NCBI RefSeq assembly: GCF_963921235.1
Contig: NC_086097.1
Location: 48,982,001 to 49,046,000, forward strand
Origin: Mobula hypostoma
Taxonomy: Eukaryota
DNA length: 64,000 nt
Direction: 5' to 3'
A program made the translations under genes and the position numbers. Below the pieces are notes generated by a model. That model made no database searches. It was not told the origin of the DNA and saw only the letters and a list, made by a program, of their open reading frames with translations. Positions 1 through 11,336 of the stretch are shown piece by piece (the first letter of the stretch is position 1; every line of letters begins with the position of its first letter).

Positions 1-232
1 ATCCATCTTCAGACACCATCTCTCTAGAAACAGTAATTGCACTCACTTCTGCCCTGACATTCTTAAGCTTCCGGCCTACTGCTAGTGTCTTCCATAGTAA
101 CATACTTATTTAGTTTCTTTGTCTCCCATTACGACCTCTCCAGCATCATTTTTTAGCAGTCCGATATCTACGCTCGCCTCTCTTTTACATTTTATATATG
201 TGAAAACTCTTTTGGTATCCTCCTTAATGTTG
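1..232 (-). mobile_element. CR1 LINE ORF2 internal fragment, degenerate
   Basis: Similar to the minus-strand CR1 segment at ~52660-52790 (cccattac..ctctccagc..tcatttt..cagc..atatctac.ctcgcctctc). Confidence 0.7.
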
Positions 233-1103
233 TTAGCTGTTGATATGAATGGCTTTGATTGCAAATGTCAGATTAAGTTACCTAAATTGGAAAATGCAAG
301 CAAGAACTGCAGGAATAATTTATTTTTCTTCGGGGAAGTTTTTAACAAATGCCAATGTTGAAGTGATTGAAAAAAATCAACATGTAAAATGGATTTTGTG
401 ATGTGCCAGAAATCAGTTATACTCTAATAAATCGTCTGAGCAGTGTCCTGATTAATCTACAACTGTATTTCACTTTACTAATAGGGACCTGGTTTAAAAA
501 TTAAAGAATGAAGCAGCAGAATAAAGAAGAAAGTTAATTGATTGTGAGTGCTGGATGTATAGGAAGTACAATCAGATGCAAAGAGCATCTTTGTCAAGTT
601 TGTGCTTTCACTGAAGATTGCTCAATATTGTATCCAGGTAGTGATATTACTGAAGAGGCCACCTGAACAAAGGTGACCAATCAGACTCTGACCTCATCTG
701 TCACCTTTGCCTGAGTGGTTTCGGGAAGGTGCCCCTCGGCATCATCCTGAACCCACTGGATAGAAGGAGTCCATCTCTCCTCCACCAACAACTGCAAAGC
801 AGAGACAGTCGAACATGGGTCATCTGTTGTTACTTCTCTGCATCTACCAATAATAGTTTTCAGTGATAGTTACCTGCATTTACAGAGCATGTTCCATTCA
901 GATCTGCAAGCTGCTTTTAAGTACATTGCACAATATAAATGCCCTTTTTTCTTGCAATTGAACAGTACGAGTAGCAGGTAGTGCTGGTAGCCACCTGCAT
1001 TATTTAAGCAGGGTGCCCAGTGTGGCCTCCACTGCACATGTTTTGAGCAGGTCATCCTATTCTGTGCGTGATTCTGCACGCTTTTTAAATAAAACATGAT
1101 ACA

Positions 1104-1186
1104 GACGTGAGTCGTGTCCCGAAACAAAGACTATTTATTCCTCTCCTTAGATGCTGCCTGACCTGCTGAGTTCCTCCAGCATTTGT
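1104..1186 (+). mobile_element. Penelope-like element 3' terminal repeat fragment
   Basis: cccgaaac...gatgctgcctgacctgctgagttcctccagcattt, the same motif as the PLE ends at 17.5, 22.8, 50 and 63.4 kb. Confidence 0.65.
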
Positions 1187-1857
1187 AGGCTTGATACCAA
1201 ACTTTTCAATAGTTTGCCTTAAACTATCATAATATTGTTTATCATATTGAGCATCATGTTCGATTAGTTGGAAGACCTTTTCAATTGATTATTTTATGAA
1301 GGTGTTGCCTTGTGATAATGAAATTACAACAGTCACTTTCTTTACTTAAGATATGACAGTTGCATACTCAAAGACTCCATAAGATCTTGTCATTAATGCC
1401 ATTACCCAGCAAATGTCCCTTGTTAGTATAGTTGTTTGTAGACCCATCTGTCATGTGGGAGACAGGTTCAATTCACCAGTGGTTTTAGTGCTTCCATATT
1501 AAATGGAATGGCAAGTTGTATTTTGCAGAGCAGACTGGATGGGCTGAATGGTATAATTCTGCTCCTATGCCTTATGGTCTTATATTTAAGGAATAATGGA
1601 TGAACAAGGATTGGTGTCTTGACCCACAGGAAGATTCATTAAGAATAAGAACAATGCCACTCCAATTTGAAAGATTCCAAACAACAAATCAAAAATGTCT
1701 TATTACTGTCTTAAACGGGTAAGATTCAGGTTCAGATACATCTATTTATCACATGTAATTGAAACATACAGTGGAATGCGTTAACAACAAATACAACCTA
1801 AGGATGTCCACAAATGTCGCCACACATTCCAGTGCCGATATTGCAGGCCCCCAATGT

Positions 1858-2087
1858 AACACACACAAAATGCTATCACCTATCACCTGGTGTTTCACTC
1901 TCCCCTCCCACCACCTTTTGAATCTACTTCTCAGCTTTTTTTTTTCCCCGGTCCTGTCGAAACGTTTCAGCCCGAAATGTGGACTGTACTTTTTTTCCAC
2001 AGATGCTGCCTGGCCTGCTGAGTTCCTCCAGCATTTTGCGTGGGTTGCTTTGATTTCCAGTATCCGCAGATTTTCTCTTGTTTGTGA
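1858..2087 (+). mobile_element. Penelope-like terminal repeat with short inverted 5' piece and a decayed hammerhead motif
   Basis: An inverted aacacacacaaaatgct is followed by a pyrimidine-rich tract, cggtcctgtcga...cccgaaatgtggactg and gatgctgcctggcctgctgagttcctccagcattttg. Confidence 0.7.
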
Positions 2088-2744
2088 TACGCACGATGTT
2101 CAGCAGTCAACACAAGCAACATGACAACTGTAAACAAAACCAGCCCCCTTCCTCCATCCCATTCACACACAGACAGGCCTCTAACCCCAGGACAAGCTCC
2201 CCATGGACCTCCAGCCTCCAGGGGACTCAAAGGCTTGCAGACATCAGGCTTCTGACTCATTGGGCTCGAGTCTCACAGACCCTGGGCTTCAGTCATCAGG
2301 CCTTGACTTCTTGACCCACCGACTTCTGTCTTCGCCTTTGAACTTCAACCCTGATATTGACAGAACCCTGAATTCCTAGAATTCCAGATTCACCAACTCG
2401 TCAACTAGAGGGTCACCAGCCATCTTGCCTCCTGCTCACATATATTAAACAGTGGTCTCCAGCTATAGATACCCTCATAAGTAGACATATCCTCTCGACA
2501 TCCACCCTGCCAAGAACCTCTGGAGTCTAGATCTTCCATGTTTCAAAGCACGTCTGCTCACTTGAAGTTCAAGTTCAAGTTTACTTATCATTCAACTATA
2601 CATGAAGACCCATAAATACAGCCAAATGAAACAGTGTTACTCCAGGGCCAAGATGCAAAATACACTACCAATGGCCATAGACAGCACAAAGCACATACAG
2701 CACATATAAAATAACAGGTAAGCATACAGTCACACAAAAAACAA

Positions 2745-3115
2745 TATAACCATATAACAATTACAGCACCAAAACAGGCCATCTCAGCCCTTCTAGTCCA
2801 TGCTGAACTCTTACTCTCACCTAGTCCCACCGACCTGCACTCAGCCCATAACCCTCTGTTCCTTTCCTGTCCATGTATCTATTCAATTTAACTTTAAACG
2901 ACAACATCGAACCTGCCTCAACCACTTCTGCTGGAAGCTCGTTCCACACAGCTACCACTCTCTGAGTAAAGAAGTTCCCCCTCATGTTACCCCTAAACTT
3001 TTGCCCTTTAACTCTCAACTCATGTCCTCTTGTTTGAGTCTCCTCCACTCTCAATGGAAAAAGTCTATCCATGTCAACTCTATCTATCCCCCTCATAATT
3101 TTAAATACCTCTATA
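2745..3115 (-). mobile_element. CR1 LINE 3' end, 5'-truncated
   Basis: ORF 2821-3204 contains IEVFKIMRGIDRVD...TRGHELR...FFTQRVV..WNELP (CR1 ORF2 C-terminus), followed by a 3' UTR and short-repeat tail. Confidence 0.9.
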
Positions 3116-3322
3116 TATAGCCCAAGTCCTTGAGTGACATGTCCTGTAAATTGATGGTGCATGGGTGTTATCAGCAAGAACAAGCAATTTCCAACAATCC
3201 GCACATGAACATATGCACATAATCCGGCCTGTCATTTCACAAATCAGACACTGGAGGGCAGCACTAACAGGAGGGCTAGCCCCCAACCCAGCATGGACAT
3301 TGTACTACACTGCCTCCGGCAT

Positions 3323-3851
3323 TAAGGATTGCCAACTGTCCCGTATTAGCCGGGACATCCCGTATATTGGGCTAAATTGGTTTGTCCCATAGGGGACCGC
3401 CCTTGTCCCGTAGTTCCCCCGCTAAGGTAGAGCGTTCCTATGAAACCATTCATAAGCCAAAATGATGTAAAGCGAAGAAGCAATTACCATTAATTTATAT
3501 GGGAAAAATTTTTGAGCATTCCCAGACCAAAAAAATAACCTACCAAATCATACCAAATAACACATAAAACTTAAAATAACAATAACATATAGTAAAAGCA
3601 GGAATGATATGATAAATACACAGCCTATATAAAGTAGAAATAATGTATGTGCAGTGTAGTTTCACTTAACAGAATCGGGAAAATTAAGCCAAAACCGATT
3701 TGTAGGAAAAAAATCAGCACGTACACGCATGCGCACACAGGTACCCACGCAAGGCTTCATGGTCATGGTGGTCTTTGTCGGGGTAAACACTGTCCCATAT
3801 TTGACTGCTACTTTTGTCCCTTATTTGGGAGTGAGAAAGTTGGCAGCCCTA
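3323..3851. mobile_element. Non-autonomous hAT-like MITE (tagggttgccaact-type TIRs) carrying a Tigger terminal fragment
   Basis: Ends taaggattgccaact / agttggcagcccta are imperfect inverted repeats, with repeated subterminal tgtccc motifs. Flanks ccggcatt / ctggcgtc resemble a decayed 8-bp target-site duplication (TSD). Confidence 0.7.
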
Positions 3852-5726
3852 CTGGCGTCTCCTTCCTAAACTGCTGCCCTCATGAGGCCTAGACCTTGCT
3901 ACAACTGAGGCCATGCAGTTCCCCTGCCATCTGTCTCACAATAAACAATGCAGCATTTTACAATATCAATGTCCAACAGGGTCTTGCAAACACCCACAGT
4001 GAGACTGCACACCACCTTCACGCACTGACTCTGAAGCCTTCCTATAGCAGGCAGTAATATGATCCACTCCGAGCCCAGTTCCTTCACCAAAGAGCAGCTC
4101 ACTGATGGGGTAGACCTGCAGTACCTGAAGTTCTTAATGTCCAGCATTGTCCTACGATCATAAAAATGTTTAAAAAAGACAAAAACATCTTTAGCTGACA
4201 ATTGAGAGGCTGCTGTCTCCAAACGTGCTGCCATCTTACCGGAAACTCTTCTAAACTCAGCAGCCCAGCCTGTCCAATCTCTCCTCAAAAACCAGCCATC
4301 CCATTCCAGGGATACGAGTCTCACCCTGAAGCGTGACTGTTTATTCCCCTCCATAGATGCTTGCCAAGTTTCTCCAGCTTTTTTTAAGTGTGCTTATCAA
4401 GATTTACGGCACCTGCAGAATCTCCTGTGCCTCTGTATATTTGGTCAACCTCCTCTGAATTGATACTTCCTCCCCAAACAGGAAGTGTGTTAACGTATGA
4501 TGAAAGCATGTGAAACCAGACATGGTTTCACCAATATCCTGTATGAACCATGTCCTCTCATGAAAGTTTTCTAATTAATTACCATGCCTGCCTATTAAGA
4601 ATCATATTCTAGATCCCTTTGCATCGCGAAGTTCTACATTCTCTCAACATTTAAATAATATGCTTGAAAATCAAAACTACAGATGCTGGAAATCTGTAAT
4701 AAAGGCAGAAAAAGCTGGAAAACTCAGCAGCTCAGGCAAGCTTCTGAGGGGAAGAGAAAACATCTCTCCTGACCTACTAAAACATTTCCAGCATTTTTTA
4801 ATTTTCATATTTTTTAAATTTTCATGCAAAACTGGATATTTTTGCATTTACTCACATCTTACCTGCGTTTGTCAGATTGTTGCCCACATACTTAATCTAT
4901 CAATAGTGCTTTGTAAGCTCTTCATCTACTTCACACAAGTTTAATTTCCTATTTAATTGTTTGATGTAACAATATCTAAATTTGCAATTGTGATATCTCC
5001 AAACATAGCATGCAAACCTCCATATTGTAACAAAAGAACGGTTAAAGACATATTACTCAAACTCAATTCAAAGAGACACAAGTTACTAAATACGTTCTTT
5101 GTCCCCTTCTTGACATTCATCTCCATTGATCAGGAAAACATAATCATTATTTTTAGATTTCTTTAAATACTCCATGGCATTTGCCTCTTGAAAATTTCCA
5201 GAGCAGAATGTAATTTCGAATCATGATTATACTGACAATCTCCAACATTTTGTGTGTGTTGCATAGGAAAACTTTGAATTGATACAGTATATATACTGTA
5301 CCTTAGTTATTATTGTAGTCTGATATATGCTTTCAAATATTCCTCAAGATCAGCAGATTATTTTAGTTCTAAACTTATGACGGCTTTGGCTGAGATCAGA
5401 GAAATGATGTTATGAGTGAACGTAACATATTGGTTTTAATTGCATAAGCATTTGTCAAAATTGTGTACACTTTGGATTTTTCCCTTCATTGCTCATGTGA
5501 ACTGATAGCTCCATTGGATCAGAAGCCCTTGACACACATTATCCTTTGAAGTCCTGGGAAGTGAGCACAGGCAGGGCTTCAGGAGAGCGTAAACAGGGAA
5601 GAAACATTTGCCAAGTAAAAAAAAAACTATACACAACAGTAGTCCTTATGCAAAAATATATTTTAAAAACTTCCTTTGTATTCACTCCTTCTGATATTCC
5701 TTAAGGTAGAAGGGCCTGTTTGTTAA

Positions 5727-6130
5727 CATAGAATGTAACAGCTCAGTACAGTCCCTTTGGCCCATGAAGTTTTGCCGACTTTTCAACCTACTCAAAGATC
5801 ATTCTAACCCTTCGCTCCTACATAGCCCTCCTTTTTGCTATCACCCATATACCTATATAAGAGTTCTTTAAACGTTTCTAATATATCTGCATCTACCAAT
5901 ACCCCTGGCAGTGCATTGCACGCATCCAACACTCACTGTAGAAACCTCTGATCTCTGACATTCTCCCTATACTTTCCTCCAGTCACTTTAAACTTAAGCC
6001 CCCTCGTATTAGTCATTTCTGCCCTGGGAAAAGGTCTCTGGCTAACTACTGGTTACACCTCTATCTAGTCACTCTTCGTCCTCCTCCACTCCAAAGAGAA
6101 AAGCCCTAGCTCGCTTAACCTATCCTCCTT
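5727..6130 (-). mobile_element. CR1 LINE 3' end, degenerate
   Basis: aacatagaa...acagc...ccctttggccca 3' UTR plus a decayed ORF2 C-terminus. Confidence 0.75.
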
Positions 6131-6564
6131 TGTTCTCAAGGTTTTAATCATCTTCTCACTTTGTTGGACTCCAAGGGGCTTGTTTCTGTGATGCAGTGTT
6201 CTATGTCCTAATTTGTTTTAGGAGTCGGTGATGTTAAAATCTAGTTCCCTCTCTCAACACCCCTCCCCAAGACTTCAATTTCTTTTCTTTTTTTAGATTA
6301 TGGACATTATCACGAAGGTGGGTGATTGGCTGCCCACCTGTGCCATGTGACAAAACACTCAGTGAAACAAGGCCAATTCATACTGTTTTGTATTTTTGTA
6401 GCCTTTATTACTGTAATGACATCATCAATATGGTGAAAGTATCTTTTCCAAGAAGGTTTCCAGCTTGTGAATTCTCCTTTCAACCTTTTTACCTTCATGC
6501 CTGCTGGAGTGCTGAGTGCATCAACAGGAAGCCCTGGGGCCAGGATTTTACTTCTCCAAGTTCA

Positions 6565-6788
6565 TAAATGCAGAAGCTGGAAATCTTGAGCAACGCAAAA
6601 TGCTGGAGGAACTCAGCAAATCAGGCAGAATTAACAGTCAACCTTTCAGGCTGAGACCCTTCATCGCGACTGGAGAGGAAGGGGTCAGAAATCAAAATAA
6701 GAAAATGGTCTATTATCGTCTCCTATCAGATCCCTTCTTCAGCCCTTTACCTCGGCCACCTATCCCTTCCCAATTTATTATTTCATCC
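6565..6788. mobile_element. Penelope-like terminal repeat remnant (inverted arrangement)
   Basis: gctggaaatcttgagcaac..aaaatgctggaggaactcagc...gagacccttcatc..gactgg, followed by the opposite-orientation pyrimidine tract. Confidence 0.65.
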
Positions 6789-6823
6789 TGTCGTGTATGT
6801 GGCCTGGTTACACAACAATGGTA

Positions 6824-8424
6824 CAGGTGCCCCCCGCTTTTCGAACGTTCGCTTTACGAAACCTCTCTGTTATGAAAGACCTACATTAGTTACCTGTTTT
6901 TACTAACAGAAGGTGTTTTCACTGTTACGAGAAAAAGCAGTGCGCGCCCCGAGCAGACGCTCTCCCCCGGATTCGGAACTGCATTCTAGCCGGCATTGCT
7001 TAAACATGTGCCTGTGAGCAGCCATTTGCAAGATGAGTTCTAAGGTATCGGAAAAGCCTAAAAGAGCTCGTAGGGGTGTTACACTTAGCGTAAAACTAGA
7101 CATAATTCAGCATTTCGATCGTGGTGAACGAAGTAAGGACAACGTGAGTTTGGCTTGTGGAAGTTGACGAAGATGATGTTGAAGAGGTTTTGGCATCCCA
7201 TGACCAAGAACTGATAGATGAAGAGCTGATGCAATTGGAAGAGGAAAGGATAACAATCAAAACTGAAAGCAGTAGCGAATGGACCAAAAGTGAAGTCGTC
7301 CAGGAACTGAACGTGAAGCAACTGCATGAGATTTTCGCTGCAATGATAAAGTATGACTTTAATTTTGAAAGGGTATGTCGGTTTAGGGCATATTTGCAGG
7401 ATGGTTTGAGTGCTTACAAAGAACTGTATGATAGAAAAATGCGCGAGGCTAAGCAGTCAAGCAAGCCTTCCACATCAACCACAGCTGACGACAAACCTCG
7501 ACCTTCGACATCGAGGCAGGCAGACATAGAAGAAGATGACCTGCCTGCCATGATGGAAACAGACGACGAGATGACACCCCAGTGTCCCACCACCCGAACC
7601 CCCGGGCCGCAGACGGATACCAATTCGTGGAGAATGTAGTGGTACACGGGACGCATCCAGCACATCTTTAAGAAAAAGCTGAAATAAACAAGCTAATTAA
7701 TTAGGTGCCGCCTGGCACGTAAATGTCGGCCCAGATCAGAGGCGATTGCCGATTGCGTCGCCTCTGATCTGAGCTGATATTTACATGCCGGGCGGCACCT
7801 GAATAATTAGCTTGTTTATTTCAGCTTTTCCTTAAAGATGTGCTGGGTGCGTCCCGGCTGCTGCTGGACACCTGCATGCTTCGCGGATCGGTATCGGTTC
7901 GCTGCCCAGAGGGTGGGGGCCACTGCACCACCCTAACCTCCGACGATTCAGCTTAACATCCCATCATCAGTGTGCTCGGCGCTGTCCCAATTCCAGTAAG
8001 TGATACTACACTGTACATACATTATTACTACTTTATATCGGCTGTGTATTTTTACGTGTTATTTGGTATGATTTGGCAGCTTCATAGCTTAAAGGTTACT
8101 GAAGAGCACTTGCGCCGTGTTTGTGCCAAGAGTGCTTGCGTGAGATTTTCACTACGGAGAACAATGCGGCAATGATTGTGGAATAGTATTTTTACTTTAT
8201 ATAGGCTGTGTATACATCATATCATTCCTGCTTTTACAGTATGTTACTGTTATTTTAGGTTTTATGTGTTATTTGGCATGATTTTGTAGGTTATTTTTGG
8301 GTCTGCGAACGCTCACAAATTTTTCCCATATAAATAAATGGTAATTGCTTCTTTGCTTTACGACATTCCGGCTTACGAACCGTTTCATAGGAACGCTCTA
8401 CCTTCGGGTGGCGGGGGAAACCGG
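6824..8424 (+). mobile_element. Tigger/pogo DNA transposon, internally deleted
   Basis: TA on both sides (6822-6823, 8425-8426); TIRs caggtgccccccgc / gcgggggaaaccgg. N-terminal remnant from ATG 7033 (MSSKVSEKPKRARRGVTLSVKLDIIQHFDRGE, CENP-B/psq-like HTH). Acidic C-terminal ORF 7157-7639 (EVDEDDVEEVLASHDQELIDEELMQLEEE). DDE core missing. Confidence 0.9.
7647..7856. repeat. Long imperfect palindrome (~99-bp arms) inside Tigger
   Basis: cgggacgcatccagcacatctttaag...gatcagaggcga (7647-7745) pairs with tcgcctctgatc...cttaaagatgtgctgggtgcgtcccg (7758-7856). Confidence 0.9.
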
Positions 8425-8861
8425 TATTAATAAAAACACTGGAGACGGGAGCTAAGGTTCATGGTTCTTTACTGGCAGAAACCGAACTCGCACACACATA
8501 CAGATCAATACGCGCCTAATAGCGCATTCACCGACGTGTTACTAAAACATAAAGTAGTCCCTTATTATACTGTAGGCTATACAGTACACTCCACCCCTTT
8601 TATTTTAATAATGTATCAACTGTTTTTTTTACTGGGGCACTATGCTAAACAAATATGTTTGCCCTTAACATAAAAACGCCTACCATTTGTTTAATTAGTA
8701 ACGTAATAATATCAAATTATGGAAAGCTTTTTTTTAACTTTTGGTCTAAGTTAAAGTTAAAGTCTGTCCCGAGCCTTGTGGCCCATCAGACCCATTTATA
8801 ACTCAAGTCTCGGGGGGGGGCGGGGTCTTCTCTGCCTCTCCGGGTAACACCTGTCAATAAA

Positions 8862-9318
8862 TTTAGATTAGATTAGATTATGAGGACACGCAGTCCTATT
8901 TTATTGTTATTTAGTAATGCATGCATTAAGAAATGATACAATGTTTTTCCAGAATGATATCACAGAAACACATGACAAACTGACTGAAAAACTGACTAAA
9001 ACCACATAATTATAACGTATAATTACAACAGTGCAAAGCAATACCGTAATTTGATAAAAACAGACCAAAGTCTGCACGGTAAAAGTCTCAAAGTCTCTTG
9101 AAAGTCCCATCATCTCACGCAGACAATGAACCTCCAGCGCCGCAAACTTGCCGATGCAGCATCCTGGAAGCATCCGACCACAGTCCGACTCCAAGTCCGT
9201 CCGAAAACTCTGAGCCTCCGACTAGCTCTCCAACACCGAGCACCGAGCGCCATCTCTGCCGAGCACTTCGACCCCGGACCCGGCAACAGGCAATAGGCAA
9301 AGCCGAGGATTTCGGACC
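8862..9318 (-). mobile_element. Non-autonomous retroelement (SINE/LINE-tail) with (tctaa)n tail
   Basis: A ttagattagattagatta tail, then an AT-rich 3' region and a GC-rich body. It sits between the SUDS3 3' UTR and the Gypsy pol end. Confidence 0.55.
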
Positions 9319-9417
9319 TTGTTTGTTTTAATACAGATTTCCATATAAAAGTCATGAAAAGGTGACCTCTGAGCATCCGGAATTCAGAAGATATGCACCT
9401 CCAACTTGCTAATAGTT

Positions 9418-11301
9418 CTAGGCAGCAGATCGCCTCCGTATAATGAAGACTCCTCCATGCAGCTGTCCTAGATATATACGTATATTTGTGCTATCACTTG
9501 TCTTCCTTACCCATATCTCATTTGTTCCAACTGAGCTAATTACATGGCTAATCTTTGTTTTCTCCTTAGATTCCAAATAGATAGCCTGACCTTTATGATA
9601 TTATCTCTTATTGCATAATAACTTCCCATCTTCTATTCACGCTTCATATCTTTGTGCTGGTGATTCAGCAGGAGCGCTGGGAAGATGCTCAGGAGAAGAC
9701 GGAGATGCTGTCACTGTTTGTGGAAAACATCATTTTGGGAGTTAAAGAAATACATGATAAATTGGAGAGCAAGGTTGCATTCTACGCTGGTCAACTTGCA
9801 AAGAGTTTGAACAGCAACGCTAAAAGATCCTGAGGGCTCTTTCGGCCGTGATTCAGGTCCTCAGGGACTGTAAAGATAGTGCAGGATGTCTGTTCTTCAG
9901 GTACGATCTGAAAGAATATACAATTTACTTAGGAGAACTCAACGATCCCATCCTGCTTCATTGTGATCATTTTTACGGTTTGAAATGTATAAAGTGGTGG
10001 CTTGAATCAGGATAACAACTCTGCCAACTGTGCTGTACTTCTCTAGATGATAATTATGTACTAGTGGTAACAGAAGAAATAAGTGAAAATGTAGCAAAAT
10101 TATTTCACAAGAGGTGTGATGCATTTTTTGTAGCTTTGGTTTCCATGGTCTGCTTCAAAGATGACTTGCCACAAACAAAGAAGTGGTTGGTGATCTGCTG
10201 TCTCTGCTAGTTATTCAAAAGTCGGGGCAATCCAATAACTCACAGAAAGATCAGTACTTTACCAGTAATCGTTCACCATTTGATGAAGCAGTTGATCAAA
10301 ATCCTGTTGTTCGTTCCATTGTTCTTAAACTGCTGTTAAAGTACCGTTTTGCTGATATTAAGGATGACCTGCAGTGCTATCTGTCTGGCTCAAGAGGGAG
10401 AATTCCTTCAGATGCACATTCAGCAGAAGTGTGAAAATACAACAATAGAAACCTTAGTTTGTTGCCAGAATTCGCCTCTGTTGTGTTGCTCTTTCCCAAC
10501 TTCTTTCTGAAAAATAAGACACATTGCTGAGGATTCAAAATATGTACGTGCAAAAGAAACTTCTCTGCAAAGGATGAAGTGAATGATTCTTAATGGAGGA
10601 AGTGATTGGTTTGAGATTTACCGTGTGGGAAAGCTGTTCTGTTTGACTGGAGATGCTGGACTTCTTGGAGATTTAAGCTTATTGAGAGTTCGCAGATCTT
10701 CCATTATCTGTTCATCTGTTAACAAGTAATTTAACTGCGCAGGTGCAGATTTTCGTCTTTTGTCTGTAATTGGAACAGGGTCATTAGGTCTCTTCCTTAG
10801 TTTCCTTGTCATTATTGGCTTTACCTCCATAGAATCTCCTGTGAGTTCCATTGTTAGCCTCTCATTCTCAATCATCTTTTTCTTTTCTTCCAACTCAATC
10901 TTTTTATCTTCAAATTCCTTCACTGCTGCTTTCTTCTCTTTAATATAATTCCTTTCTCCTTGTTCTGTCTCCAATTGTTGAAAAAGCTCTGCATTTCATA
11001 TTCTTTCCTTGTATTGTTGATCTAGGTTCTTAATCCTTTTCTGATACTCCTGCAAAGTGCCTTCCTGTTACTACTGTAGCTGTCTTTTGCGAAATATCAA
11101 TTTCACCTGGTACATCTGCTCTTTTACTTCCAGGTAGTCTTCATCATCCTGCTTATTGGCAATATCTGTTTCCCTTGCATCCTCTGTATCTTCATCTGAG
11201 TCGCGGCCACGGATACTGCGTTCATCCTCATCGTCGACGCTGTCTAGCTCCTCCTCGTCCTTGTAATAGTCGACAATGGGTGAGTGGAGAGCTGTGGACA
11301 T
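9418..11301 (-). pseudogene. SUDS3: Processed SUDS3 (Sin3-HDAC corepressor subunit SDS3) retrocopy, interrupted at 9711-10648
   Basis: Intronless translation from ATG 11301: [113 protein letters not shown] | [40 protein letters not shown] (stop 9420-9418). At least five premature stops and an apparent 8-codon deletion. Confidence 0.95.
9711..10648 (+). pseudogene. RNF213: Processed RNF213 (mysterin) fragment covering the RING finger and flanking E3 region
   Basis: Frameshifted plus-strand translation gives LSLFVENIILG, ALSAVIQVLRDCKDSA, YTIYLGELNDPILLHCDHFYGLKCIKWW..LCQLC (decayed RING, 9917-10033), RCDAFFVALVSMVCFKD, LLSLLVIQK..SPFDEAVDQNPVVRSIVLKLLLKYRF.DIKD, VARIRLC and [11 protein letters not shown]. 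These are colinear with my recall of vertebrate RNF213 (LFVEHVLLG..CSICLGDAKDPVCLPCDH..SPFNDVVDKTPVIRSVILKLLLKY..VARIRLC..DWHRVYLVRKL). No introns. Confidence 0.9.
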
Positions 11302-11336
11302 CTTCCCCGTTGAGCTGCCCTCCTTCGTTGACACAT

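Larger units (their letters stand above)
2565..4246 (-). mobile_element. Non-autonomous LINE-like/SINE-like element (copy 1), split by CR1 and hAT insertions
   Basis: The 5' part (aagatggc...gctggacattaagaactt...aggtctacc...cagtgagct) and the (aacttg)n 3' tail both match the plus-strand copy at 18838-19753. Confidence 0.65.
6789..8588 (-). repeat. Gypsy 3' LTR (~200 bp), split by a Tigger insertion at a TA
   Basis: Begins TGTactgt directly after the polypurine tract and ends cacgACA at 6789. The pieces 8427-8588 and 6789-6823 flank the Tigger element. Confidence 0.75.

Noticed and set aside
9601..9603. TGG-to-TAA change in SUDS3 as evidence of APOBEC-type editing
   Set aside because: A single site; the parental sequence is needed to test for strand-biased G-to-A excess.
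9711..10648. Retained intron or alternative exon of SUDS3 (ends in ...acag before the next SUDS3 segment)
   Set aside because: There is no GT donor at the start, the ends form a 10-bp direct repeat, and the opposite strand translates to RNF213-like protein.
9418..11301. Functional SUDS3 gene
   Set aside because: It has multiple in-frame stops, a deletion, no introns and a 938-bp interruption, so it is a retrocopy.
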